Of a stretch of DNA of 64,000 nt, positions 1 to 9,213 are shown one piece after another. Under the pieces are notes generated by a model that was not told the DNA's origin, did no database searches, and saw only the letters and a list, made by a program, of their open reading frames with translations. The position numbers and the translations under genes were made by a program. This DNA is from an uncultured Desulfospira sp. Its GTDB lineage: Bacteria > Desulfobacterota > Desulfobacteria > Desulfobacterales > Desulfobacteraceae. Positions within the stretch are counted from its first letter, which is position 1. Each line of letters begins with the position of its first letter. The stretch is from NCBI GenBank assembly GCA_963663165.1, contig OY760175.1:1760001-1824000 (forward strand). The letters run 5' to 3'.

Positions 1-657
1 GAAGATGGATTTAAGCTTATGGGCGGGTTTTCCTGCCCCATCCCCGGGCAGGATGATCCCCTTGAAGGGATTCGCGTGGCGCCGGGTGCTGAGGTTAACG
101 CCGTGGTGTCCACCAGCGGGCTGGCCCTGGCCGAGCGGATGTATACGGATTTTGGAATTCCCTTTGTGGCGGGCATGCCGGTCGGGCTTTCCGGACGTGA
201 TGCCTTTCTGGCCATGCTGCACGGACAACGGCCTGAGTTTCAGCTGCCAAAACAGGAAACAACCCCTTACCGGCACGCCCTGGTTATTGGCGAACCAATC
301 ATGGGATACGGGGTCCGGCATTGCCTGCGTTATGATTTCGGCCTGCCCCGGGTGGACGTGATCTCAGTAACCCCCAGTGAACCGCTTTTCCGGGAATCCA
401 AAGGCCGGACCGGCATCTTGGCCGAACAGGGACCCGCAGATATGGACACGGACGACGAGCAGCAGATCACAGAATTGATGAATGACCCGGATGTGGACCT
501 GATTGTAGCGGACCCCTTTTACCAGGCCCTGCTCACCAAAGAGGCAGCGTTCATCCCTTTACCCCATGTGGCCATGAGTGCCCGGATTCATTGGGACATG
601 GGTTACGAATACGCCGTGGACAAGGGGTACGCGTATCTGGCCTCACGTCTGCAATGA
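1..657 (+). CDS. Nitrogenase component 1-type oxidoreductase family protein, 5'-partial
   Basis: The frame is open from base 1. 'AEVNAVVSTSGLALAERMYTDFGIPFVAGMPVG' and 'DLIVADP' resemble NifD/K/E/N-like oxidoreductase C-termini. Confidence 0.6.
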   Translation, partial: EDGFKLMGGFSCPIPGQDDPLEGIRVAPGAEVNAVVSTSGLALAERMYTDFGIPFVAGMPVGLSGRDAFLAMLHGQRPEFQLPKQETTPYRHALVIGEPIMGYGVRHCLRYDFGLPRVDVISVTPSEPLFRESKGRTGILAEQGPADMDTDDEQQITELMNDPDVDLIVADPFYQALLTKEAAFIPLPHVAMSARIHWDMGYEYAVDKGYAYLASRLQ

Positions 658-679
658 AAATGAACTTTCCCCTCAAACA

Positions 680-2644
680 CTAATTTAATGTTGGCTTTTC
701 CTGATAATTTTGTAAGCTGGCATACAAATCATCCTGGTAAGCGATACTTCCCCACAGGGAATATGCCAGGGCTTTTTTGACCGTATCCCGGGACAGCGGA
801 GCATCGCTCAAGGTTTTGGTGTGGCGGTTATAGCGGAATGTCCGGGGCGGTTTATGGGGCTGGAAGGCCACCAGTTCATGGTTGGCACCCATCCATGCGA
901 ATGTTTTATCCCGTTGCATAATCGCACGTAGTTTGTCCATGGGGATATCTTTTGTCATATCATGGCCGATCATGGGCGTATAGGCACTGATGCCGGCCAG
1001 TGACAGCAACGTTACCGGCAAATCAAGCTGACTGGCAAGGCGATCATCCATTCGCGGCGCAATGCCGCCGCCGGTAATAACGGCAGGAATATGGAAGTGA
1101 GTAACCGGGACCATCTGATCCCCGTAAGTCCGGGCGTCATGGTCTGCAACCACCAGAAAAATGGTGTTTTCCCAGTAATTGGACTTCCTGGCCTTTTCAA
1201 AGAACCGCCCAATGGCATAGTCCGCATATTTTACCGCATTTTCACGGGTTGAAGCTGGTTCATTAACCGGGCTGATCCGCCCTTGCGGGTATTCAAAGGG
1301 GGAATGGTTTGAGGATGTGAACACCAGGCTGAAGAAAGGCTTATGCTCAGTGGCGAACCCGGTGAACTGCTGATGGGCTTTATTAAAAAGGTCTTCATCA
1401 CTTACCCCCCAGGAACCGACATATTCCGGATTGGAAAACGTGGGGGCATCCTGAATACGGTTAAAGCCATTGCCCAGAAAAAAGTGTTTCATGTTGTCAA
1501 AGTGGCTTTCACCGCCATAGATAAACTCGGTGACATACCCTTGTTTTTTTAATACATCCGCAATGGTGAAAAAATTGGCCTGGCTTTTGCCCAGCTTAAC
1601 TGTTGAACGGGCCGGCGTTGGCGGGAATCCGGCTGTAAGCGCTTCAATCCCCCGCACAGAGCGGGTTCCCGTTGCATATAAATTGGTAAATGCCCAGCCT
1701 GAGTGAATCAGATTATCCATGTTCGGTGACAAATCTTTTCCCCCCAGGGATTTCACAAACTGTGACCCATGGCTTTCCAAAAGAAGAATGACCATATTTT
1801 TTTTCTTTGTCCCTGTGGCTTTATGATAGGCAAGGGTCGGATATTGACCGGTAGCAAACGCATCCGGATTTAAATCCATTTGAGACCGGATGGTTTTGAT
1901 CACGTCAGCCTTATCCATTTTGGGATACAGGTCCACCGCACTGGCCTCACCCCCCATCTGGGTTATGGCAAACATAACCGAGTATGATGAATTTAAAACC
2001 AGATCATTAACCAGCGGGTCGGTGGAAAATGAGACCATAGAAGGATTCATGGGCCTGTGGTCGAGGCTGTTTCTTGCGCCAAAAACGCACAATGCCGTCA
2101 ACATCACCCCAATGGCCGGACGATAAATCCATTTGACGGGGGATGACAGGTTACTGGTCCACCGGCCCGTTGCTCGCCACAAGGCCCAGACGGTTAACAG
2201 GGAGACCCCAAGCCCCACCAAAAGTTCCGGCTTATAACCGGCCCACAACATGGCCAGGACTTCCCTGGGATAGATCAGGTATTCTACAAAGATACGGCCG
2301 GGCCGAAGGTCGTATTCCTGAACATAGGAAACCGTGGCCACTTCCATATAGACCAATATCCATCCGCCAACGGTAAGCCATATTCTGAGCACGGATTTCC
2401 ATATCCGGCCGGCCCGATGAGAACCAGATATTACACAATGAAGAAGTGCCGGAAGAACCAGAAAATAACTGAGGGTGGACATATCAACCCGCAATCCCCC
2501 CAAAAAAAGCCGGGCCAGGTCTGAGGCCCCATGCAGACGGTCCCATTGCCATAAGGACAGGCAAAGCCGCGAGGCTGACAGAAAAACCAGGGCCAGTATG
2601 AAAAAATTAACTATGGGCGTTAAATAATGACGCTGTTTCATCAT
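680..2644 (-). CDS. LTA synthase family / sulfatase-like membrane protein
   Basis: N-terminal TM helices, then an alkaline-phosphatase-fold domain (LLESH, TRSVRG, TSSNHSPF, VADH). Start placed at MMKQ after a GGAGG RBS. Confidence 0.85.
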   Translation of the reverse strand: MMKQRHYLTPIVNFFILALVFLSASRLCLSLWQWDRLHGASDLARLFLGGLRVDMSTLSYFLVLPALLHCVISGSHRAGRIWKSVLRIWLTVGGWILVYMEVATVSYVQEYDLRPGRIFVEYLIYPREVLAMLWAGYKPELLVGLGVSLLTVWALWRATGRWTSNLSSPVKWIYRPAIGVMLTALCVFGARNSLDHRPMNPSMVSFSTDPLVNDLVLNSSYSVMFAITQMGGEASAVDLYPKMDKADVIKTIRSQMDLNPDAFATGQYPTLAYHKATGTKKKNMVILLLESHGSQFVKSLGGKDLSPNMDNLIHSGWAFTNLYATGTRSVRGIEALTAGFPPTPARSTVKLGKSQANFFTIADVLKKQGYVTEFIYGGESHFDNMKHFFLGNGFNRIQDAPTFSNPEYVGSWGVSDEDLFNKAHQQFTGFATEHKPFFSLVFTSSNHSPFEYPQGRISPVNEPASTRENAVKYADYAIGRFFEKARKSNYWENTIFLVVADHDARTYGDQMVPVTHFHIPAVITGGGIAPRMDDRLASQLDLPVTLLSLAGISAYTPMIGHDMTKDIPMDKLRAIMQRDKTFAWMGANHELVAFQPHKPPRTFRYNRHTKTLSDAPLSRDTVKKALAYSLWGSIAYQDDLYASLQNYQEKPTLN

Positions 2645-2800
2645 GGGGTCACATCCTCCAGGCTCCAAATAATTCGGGCTAAAGGATATCAGAGGATATA
2701 TGAAGAATTTATGAAGACGCCTCATTTTTCTCTTCACGGTTCCTTCATAGTGGTGGTGCTATCGTCCCTGAAACAAACCTAAAAAATTTTGGAGACCATC

Positions 2801-4486
2801 ATGAAGACAACCATGGACAGGAGACAATTTTTAAAATATACGGGTGTCAGCTTGGCCGGCCTGGGGCTGTCTTCCCTTAACCTGCCTTTTTTCCGTATGG
2901 GAAAGGCCCGTGCTGCCCTTGGCCGTGACGCCTGGTGTTTTGGCGTCATGGGCGATACCCAGTGGAAGACCGGCCTTTGGGAGACAGGGGGGCATATGTC
3001 CTGTGCCACAGGCATTATTGACGTCATCAACCAGCAGTTTATCGGGCATGGCTGCAAATTTGTGGTTCAGGTCGGGGACCTTGTGGGAGATGAATCCTAT
3101 ATGGGCAAACGGTGCCTGCCCACCCGGGCTGACCATGCCCGGGAACTTTACCATGAAGGCATCGGCTTTTTCCCGTTAAGGGGAAACCATGAATCCAGCT
3201 CAACCGCAGCCAATGAGTTTCCGGTTATTTTCCCCCAGACCCTGGGAAAAGGCCACAACCTTAACGGTGCCGCCCATTTCCAGGCATCGGATAATGAGCA
3301 GCTCAAAGGCCTGACCTATGCCTTTGACTACAATAATGTGCGCTGCGTCATGCTCGACCAGTTTGTCCGCAGGGACGGCAGCAACTACAACCCATCAGAC
3401 AAAGCCAGACAGGAGTACTCCAACAATATGGTGGATCAGGTGGACTGGACAGACAGGGTTTTATCTTCCACGCCTGACGGATACCATTCCTTTGTTTTTT
3501 CCCATAAGAATCTCATCGGCCAGAACCACAAGGACAATCTGTTCGGCGACAGCCTGACATCCAATGCCCATGCCAGAGATAAATTTCTGACCAGCCTCCA
3601 CCACAACGGCACCGGCTATTATATCAGCGGCCATGATCACATGCACCACCGCTCCCTGGTATCCACCAGCGATGGATCTGCCATGGTGCCCCAGATGATT
3701 ACCGCTTCCAACAGTTATAAATTTTATACCCCCCGAACCGGTGATGATAAGAGAGAGACCCCCCTTGGCCAGGAATTGTATACCATCGGATATTACATTG
3801 TGACCGTAGAAGGCCCCAGGGTCACCGTGGATTTTTACTCTGCCAGCCACGGCAGAAAATTCACCCGGGTCACCCGCGAAAGCCTTGATTCTATTCCATC
3901 TTCCTTTGCCTTTTTCTTAAGGGAACGGTTTGGTTACAGCCTGAACGGCCGGCAGTTTGAAATCCCCCAGGAAGGGGCTTACATTGATGTGACGGACAAT
4001 TATCGGGGCACCACGGCCAAAATCCTGGCCGGGACAAACAAGGATACCAAAACCGATTACCTGAACCGCAATCTGACCAAAACCGTAAATACCGGCTGGG
4101 CTGATTCCAATAATACGGATGATGCTGTCAGTGACATCTTTACCCTGTGGGGAATGGCAGATAACTTAAGCCTTTATTCAGGTGCTGGCCTGCTGCCGGC
4201 TTCAGACAGGGTTCAGGTTACCGATGAATACGTTCTTTCCATGTCTTACAACAGCAAGAAAACAGGGGCTTTTGAACTTTCCAACGGCAAGGTATGCATT
4301 GCCGCCAGAAATAAAGACGACCAGTGGGTCAATGCCGTGAAGCTGAACCATGGCGGCACCACAGCTTTCAAAAAAGGCCCATATAAATCCACTTATGGTC
4401 TGGGCACCTATGGCATTGACCCTGACACCAGGACCGTCTGGGCAGTGATGAATCATGAAGGAGACTTTGTGGCCAAACTGATTTAA
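2801..4486 (+). CDS. Tat-exported calcineurin-like metallophosphoesterase
   Basis: Twin-arginine signal DRRQFLK; motifs GDTQ, GDLV, GNHE, GHDH. GGAG RBS before ATG 2801. Confidence 0.85.
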   Translation: MKTTMDRRQFLKYTGVSLAGLGLSSLNLPFFRMGKARAALGRDAWCFGVMGDTQWKTGLWETGGHMSCATGIIDVINQQFIGHGCKFVVQVGDLVGDESYMGKRCLPTRADHARELYHEGIGFFPLRGNHESSSTAANEFPVIFPQTLGKGHNLNGAAHFQASDNEQLKGLTYAFDYNNVRCVMLDQFVRRDGSNYNPSDKARQEYSNNMVDQVDWTDRVLSSTPDGYHSFVFSHKNLIGQNHKDNLFGDSLTSNAHARDKFLTSLHHNGTGYYISGHDHMHHRSLVSTSDGSAMVPQMITASNSYKFYTPRTGDDKRETPLGQELYTIGYYIVTVEGPRVTVDFYSASHGRKFTRVTRESLDSIPSSFAFFLRERFGYSLNGRQFEIPQEGAYIDVTDNYRGTTAKILAGTNKDTKTDYLNRNLTKTVNTGWADSNNTDDAVSDIFTLWGMADNLSLYSGAGLLPASDRVQVTDEYVLSMSYNSKKTGAFELSNGKVCIAARNKDDQWVNAVKLNHGGTTAFKKGPYKSTYGLGTYGIDPDTRTVWAVMNHEGDFVAKLI

Positions 4487-4499
4487 AGAAAATGGACAG

Positions 4500-5216
4500 T
4501 TAAAGAAATAATTCTACCGGCACCGGGCGGTTCAGGCAGATCCGCTCAAGATCAATGGATACGTCCCGGGTTATGATCCGAACCCCGTTGGCCGCTGCAT
4601 TCTTAAGTTTGTCAGCATATGCCGGATCAATATGGGAGGCCGGGGAAAATTGTCTGGCATCCATGCGCTGGATCAAATAGAAAATCACCCCCATGTCTCC
4701 TTCTTTGACCAGGCGGACCAGTTCATCAAGATGCTTTTGCCCCCGGGTGGTCACGGCATCGGGGAACATGGCCCTTCCCTGCTCCACCAGGGTGCAGTTT
4801 TTGATTTCCACAAAGCAAAGCTTTCCGGAAGGGCTTTCCAGCTTCAGGTCCAGGCGGGTGTGATCGCTTGTTTTTACCTCTGATGTTACCTTTTTAAAGG
4901 CAGCCAACTCCTCAACCAGGCCGGCTTTAATCGAGTCCCGGACCAGTCTGTTGGGCACCTGGGTATTGATGCCGACCATGGACTCGGGCATCCGGATCAG
5001 TTCCCAGGTGTATTTGAGCTTTCGTTTTGGATTGTCACTCTGGGAAATCCAGACCGGGGCATCGTTCAGGGCACACCCGGTCATGGCTCCGGAGTTGGGA
5101 CAATGGGCCGTAACGGTCTGCCCGTTTTCAAGGATCACATCCGCCAGAAACCGTTTATACCGCTTAACCAGCCGGCCGGCAATCAGCGGCGGCAGCTCAT
5201 ATCCGTTATATGTCAC
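4500..5216 (-). CDS. sfsA: DNA/RNA nuclease SfsA
   Basis: RYKRFLADV, AHCPNSGAM, VEIKNCTL and FPDAVTTRGQKHL are SfsA signatures. Confidence 0.93.
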   Translation of the reverse strand: MTYNGYELPPLIAGRLVKRYKRFLADVILENGQTVTAHCPNSGAMTGCALNDAPVWISQSDNPKRKLKYTWELIRMPESMVGINTQVPNRLVRDSIKAGLVEELAAFKKVTSEVKTSDHTRLDLKLESPSGKLCFVEIKNCTLVEQGRAMFPDAVTTRGQKHLDELVRLVKEGDMGVIFYLIQRMDARQFSPASHIDPAYADKLKNAAANGVRIITRDVSIDLERICLNRPVPVELFL

Positions 5217-5219
5217 CGG

Positions 5220-5660
5220 TTACTTGCCGTTTCCCTGGCCGGTCATATAAAGCCGCAACGCTTCCTGAACGGTTCCGGCGGCAAGGTAGGCGCAATGTTC
5301 CTCATCTTTGGGCATTTCCCCGAGTTTGGACAAGATCAGCTCCCCGGTTATATCGGCCAGCTCTTCCACCTGTTTTCCAATGCTCAGTTCTGCGGCAAAT
5401 GATCCGCACACGTTGCTGGACCCGCACCCGTCGGTCACGTATGAAGCACTTTTGACCCTTTCCCCCTCAAGTTCAAGAAAAATATCCATGGAATCCCCGC
5501 AGTCTCCCACGGTATGGGCATGAACATCGCAGTGTTCCATGACCCCCCTGAATTTGGGATTCTGCCACCGGTCAAAACCGGCATCCCCTAAAACGGTCCT
5601 TGCCTCATCAAATATCTGACCTTGAAGGTCATCCAAAAACTTATCCAGGTTGTCCGCCAT
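5220..5660 (-). CDS. NifU/IscU-like Fe-S cluster scaffold protein
   Basis: GDCGDSM, DGCGSS and EEHCA give the three conserved cysteines of the NifU_N domain. Confidence 0.85.
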   Translation of the reverse strand: MADNLDKFLDDLQGQIFDEARTVLGDAGFDRWQNPKFRGVMEHCDVHAHTVGDCGDSMDIFLELEGERVKSASYVTDGCGSSNVCGSFAAELSIGKQVEELADITGELILSKLGEMPKDEEHCAYLAAGTVQEALRLYMTGQGNGK

Positions 5661-6447
5661 TATTATGGTCCTTTCATTTTATATTATCTTGATCATGTTA
5701 ATCATGATCTACCCTTCGTAAACCCCCTAATAATTGATTTCCCAGGGCATTCCCGTGAAAAAACATCAAGAATCGGCCTAACCGTCAACTGCTCAATTGT
5801 GAAAAATAGGTCTCTATAGAAACAGGCAAATACAGCCAGGGTGAATATAACATAATATGCGAAATATCATCATATTTCCTGACGAACATTTGTAAGGATT
5901 GCAGATGAAATAACTTGATCAAAATTGCGCCGAACTTTGGCTCATATACAAGGCGCATCAAAGGTTTAATAGCAGGCCTATTCAGCCTTTGATGCAACGC
6001 TGTAGATGAGTCAAAGGGCAAGTAATTTTGTTCAAGTTATAAAATTTGCAATCCTAAGGAAGCGAAACGGTTCACTCTGTCATGAAAAAGGATCTGACTG
6101 TAGGAACATTGCCGTCAAGAGAAATTGCAGCATGGTGGTGGATAATGATCCCGGTTTTAAATCTGAACCAGATGCCGTGGATTTGGATCTTGACATCTAA
6201 TTGCGAAGTTGGTAAGCGAATTATGAAGTATAGAAAAAAAAGCTAAACTGTTTCAAAATAATATAGCGCTTACATTGAAGGATAATCCATTCTTTGTTTA
6301 CGGAATTATCTGTTTTCATAAAGCGTTTTACGGCTCAACAATGGGTCAAATGCATTTAGAAATAAGTACTCAGCCCATTTAAGGGTCATTTGGTTTAGAA
6401 ACCATCGTTGTTCCATAACAAAGTATCTTTGAGTCCGGAGGCTGCGT

Positions 6448-9165
6448 ATGAATTTCTTATCAGGCAGATTTCTATTGTCAATTTGTATCTATCTTTTCTG
6501 TGGACTTATCGCAACAACATCCTTTGCTGCTAACGTGAGCGATAAGTTAAAACTAACCAAATCAACCATAAATTATGACTCTCAAACCCAAACCGGAACC
6601 ATAGAGGTCAAACTGCAAAATACCGGCGCCGAGGATTTGAGTTATCCCATCAAAGTTGCGGTCATGGAAATTTTTTATTCCCTGGACAATGCCGACCTGG
6701 ACGGGGACGGGGATGTGGACGGCCAGGACCTGGCATATGTCATCCGTCTGGCCGGTACGCCCGATGAAATTGCTTTAACGGATTTAATAGGACATTACGG
6801 ACGCACGGATATTCTATCAGCTACAGGAACAAACCTTTCGGATTTTCAGATAACCAACCGTGTTGGCACCACCCCTGAAGGATTGCCATACCTGATCTAC
6901 ACTCAGGAGGCAGGCCAGGTATTGTCCCCGGGAGAAGAAACCGATCCTATTGCCTGGCAAGTCCATATCCCCGTTGATGCGTTTCAGGCCGACCGGACAT
7001 TTCATTTCAGGGTAAAAGCGTTCTCAGGGGAAGACGTCACCCTGCCGGATCTTGATATTATTGAACCCGCTGAAGGTGCCAACTTAGAAACAGTCCGGCC
7101 CACGGTCAGGGTTGCTTTCCAGGATGAAGAATCGGACATCGACACAACGTCCCTGATCGTTGAAGTCAACGGCGTTGCTGTCAGCACTTCCGGTTTTACC
7201 GTCACCTCTGCCGGGGCCACCGGCGAAGTTCCCAACGATCTTCCCTTTAATGATAATACCATTACGGTAAGCATTGCCGATACTGCCGGAAATATAAAAG
7301 AAGCAACTGTGAACTTCCTGGTACAACCGGATACGGATACAGACGCTGACGGCATCCCGGACTGGTGGGAAACATTGCATTTCTCAAGTTTAGATGCTGA
7401 TTCGGATTCTGACGGGGACGGGATTTCCAACTATGATGAATACCTTGCCAATACCGATCCCAATAATTCGGATATCCAGGCACCTGAAGTTTTAAGCCAG
7501 TATCCCCCTGCCGGTACAAGTTCAGTGGCTACCCAGGGCAATCCTTTTGAAATGGTCGTCACTTTCACGGACAGTGGGTCCGGCATTGCCTCGGTTGTCC
7601 TTTTAGATGAAAACGGGGTGGACATATCCGGCCAGGCGGTTATTACCGGGAACTCTATCATCTTTACCCTGGATAATCCGGAAAACAGGGCATACCAATA
7701 CCAGTTAATCCTCATAGATGAGGCCGGGAACAAAACCATTGTGAATTTTTCTTTCACAATAGACAGCATCCTTCCTTTTGTCACGCCCAGTATAGCCGCA
7801 GGGCATTATGAGTCTGCGTTCACAGTAGACTTAACCTGCTCGGAAACAGCAGACATCTATTATTCCACAGACGGATACCCGCCTTTTGAAGGCGCGGCCA
7901 ACACAACCGTGCAAACCGCTACCCTGGCCGTAACAGGGATAAACATAGATAAAACCACCCACCTTCAATATTTTGCAATAGACGAGGCCGGTAATACCGG
8001 CCCCACAGAAAGCGCCGTCTATCACCTTGATTCTACTATCCCTGTGACACAGATCCAGGCACAGCAGGGAGAAAATGATTATGTCACCCTTTCCTGGACA
8101 TCTGTTGCCCAGGCTGCAAGTTACCACATCTACCGGGTGGTGAACCCGGTTGACAAACAGATTCTGGACGACTGCGTTGCCAACGGTATTGCTCCTCCGT
8201 CCCGGTTAAGGCTTCTTGGCAGCGTCACCGGAGAAACACAAACCGATGACCAGGTTATTCCCGGCACCACATACTATTACGGGATAACCATAAACACCCA
8301 GGAAGCATTGGAAGGCCCTCTGTCTGAATTAGCCTCAATTGAGTTTTTAGGCTCATCAACAGCCGTGGATAAGGATGAGGCCATTCAAAGAGCCAAAACC
8401 TGGCTTAAGGCAAACCAAACCACCCTTGGTTTCTGGGGCAATGAAAAAAACAAACTCCTTGTAACAAGCCAGGTGCTTAACGCATTCAACTCTTTAGAAG
8501 AGGATGATGCAGCCGTAAGAAAAGGTGTTTTCTTCTTAAGAGGGAACTATGCGGACAACAATGATTTTCTTGGACGGCAAATCAACACGCTCTATGATTT
8601 TGACCAAAATGTTGATTATCTTGTGGCTAAACTGATCGCTCAGTCCTACATCGTAGAATCCGGTGAAACATCATACATTACGGGTTGGGGGACCAGACCG
8701 GGATATTACCCTGATCCTGTCTGTACGGCTGTAGGGGCTTCCACTGTAGCAAAAACAACAAAGAGTACCTCATTAGTCAATTATAGTTTTACGGCCTTAA
8801 AAACCAATTGGTCCAGTCTCTTTTACAGCTCGGAGAACTATCGTTTCGGCTGGATCGCTGGTGGAGATGCAAGCGTCTATGTTTCAAGCCTGATTTACCA
8901 TATTCTTGCAGACAATTTCTCTGCCTCATCCCTGACAAACTTCACCAGTGACTGGATCATTAACACTCAGACGGATAACGGAGACGGATCATTCGGCAAC
9001 GGAGTGATCGACACAGCTGCCGTCCTTTTATGGCTGGACATCCCTGAAACCAACAAAATAAATGCCGTCAGTTACCTTGTAAATCAGCAAAACCCCGACG
9101 GTTCCTGGTTAAACGATCCTTATGTCACCGGCTTATGCCTTAAAGCACTTTCAAATATAGACTGA
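6448..9165 (+). CDS. Large secreted multidomain protein (Ca-binding loops, Ig/FN3-like domains, C-terminal prenyltransferase/squalene-cyclase-like repeats); probable Rhs partner
   Basis: Signal peptide; DLDGDGDVDGQDL dockerin/EF-hand-like loop; DTDADGIPDWWE and DSDGDGISNYDE TSP3-like repeats; IYYSTDG Fn3-associated motif; WLKANQTTLGFW and YLVNQQNPDGSW QW-like repeats. Lies 48 bp upstream of Rhs1. Confidence 0.7.
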   Translation: MNFLSGRFLLSICIYLFCGLIATTSFAANVSDKLKLTKSTINYDSQTQTGTIEVKLQNTGAEDLSYPIKVAVMEIFYSLDNADLDGDGDVDGQDLAYVIRLAGTPDEIALTDLIGHYGRTDILSATGTNLSDFQITNRVGTTPEGLPYLIYTQEAGQVLSPGEETDPIAWQVHIPVDAFQADRTFHFRVKAFSGEDVTLPDLDIIEPAEGANLETVRPTVRVAFQDEESDIDTTSLIVEVNGVAVSTSGFTVTSAGATGEVPNDLPFNDNTITVSIADTAGNIKEATVNFLVQPDTDTDADGIPDWWETLHFSSLDADSDSDGDGISNYDEYLANTDPNNSDIQAPEVLSQYPPAGTSSVATQGNPFEMVVTFTDSGSGIASVVLLDENGVDISGQAVITGNSIIFTLDNPENRAYQYQLILIDEAGNKTIVNFSFTIDSILPFVTPSIAAGHYESAFTVDLTCSETADIYYSTDGYPPFEGAANTTVQTATLAVTGINIDKTTHLQYFAIDEAGNTGPTESAVYHLDSTIPVTQIQAQQGENDYVTLSWTSVAQAASYHIYRVVNPVDKQILDDCVANGIAPPSRLRLLGSVTGETQTDDQVIPGTTYYYGITINTQEALEGPLSELASIEFLGSSTAVDKDEAIQRAKTWLKANQTTLGFWGNEKNKLLVTSQVLNAFNSLEEDDAAVRKGVFFLRGNYADNNDFLGRQINTLYDFDQNVDYLVAKLIAQSYIVESGETSYITGWGTRPGYYPDPVCTAVGASTVAKTTKSTSLVNYSFTALKTNWSSLFYSSENYRFGWIAGGDASVYVSSLIYHILADNFSASSLTNFTSDWIINTQTDNGDGSFGNGVIDTAAVLLWLDIPETNKINAVSYLVNQQNPDGSWLNDPYVTGLCLKALSNID

Positions 9166-9213
9166 GCCGCTAAAAAATGAATCAAACACTTTGTCGATAA
9201 AAGGGGAATACCA

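Noticed and set aside
2645..2650. Isolated GGGGTC outside the island
   Set aside because: A 6-mer occurs by chance; this one lacks both the downstream consensus and a stutter.
5622..6200. Short ORFs in the AT-rich region before the island
   Set aside because: No recognisable motifs; probably regulatory or intergenic. No tRNA or att repeat was seen at this boundary.
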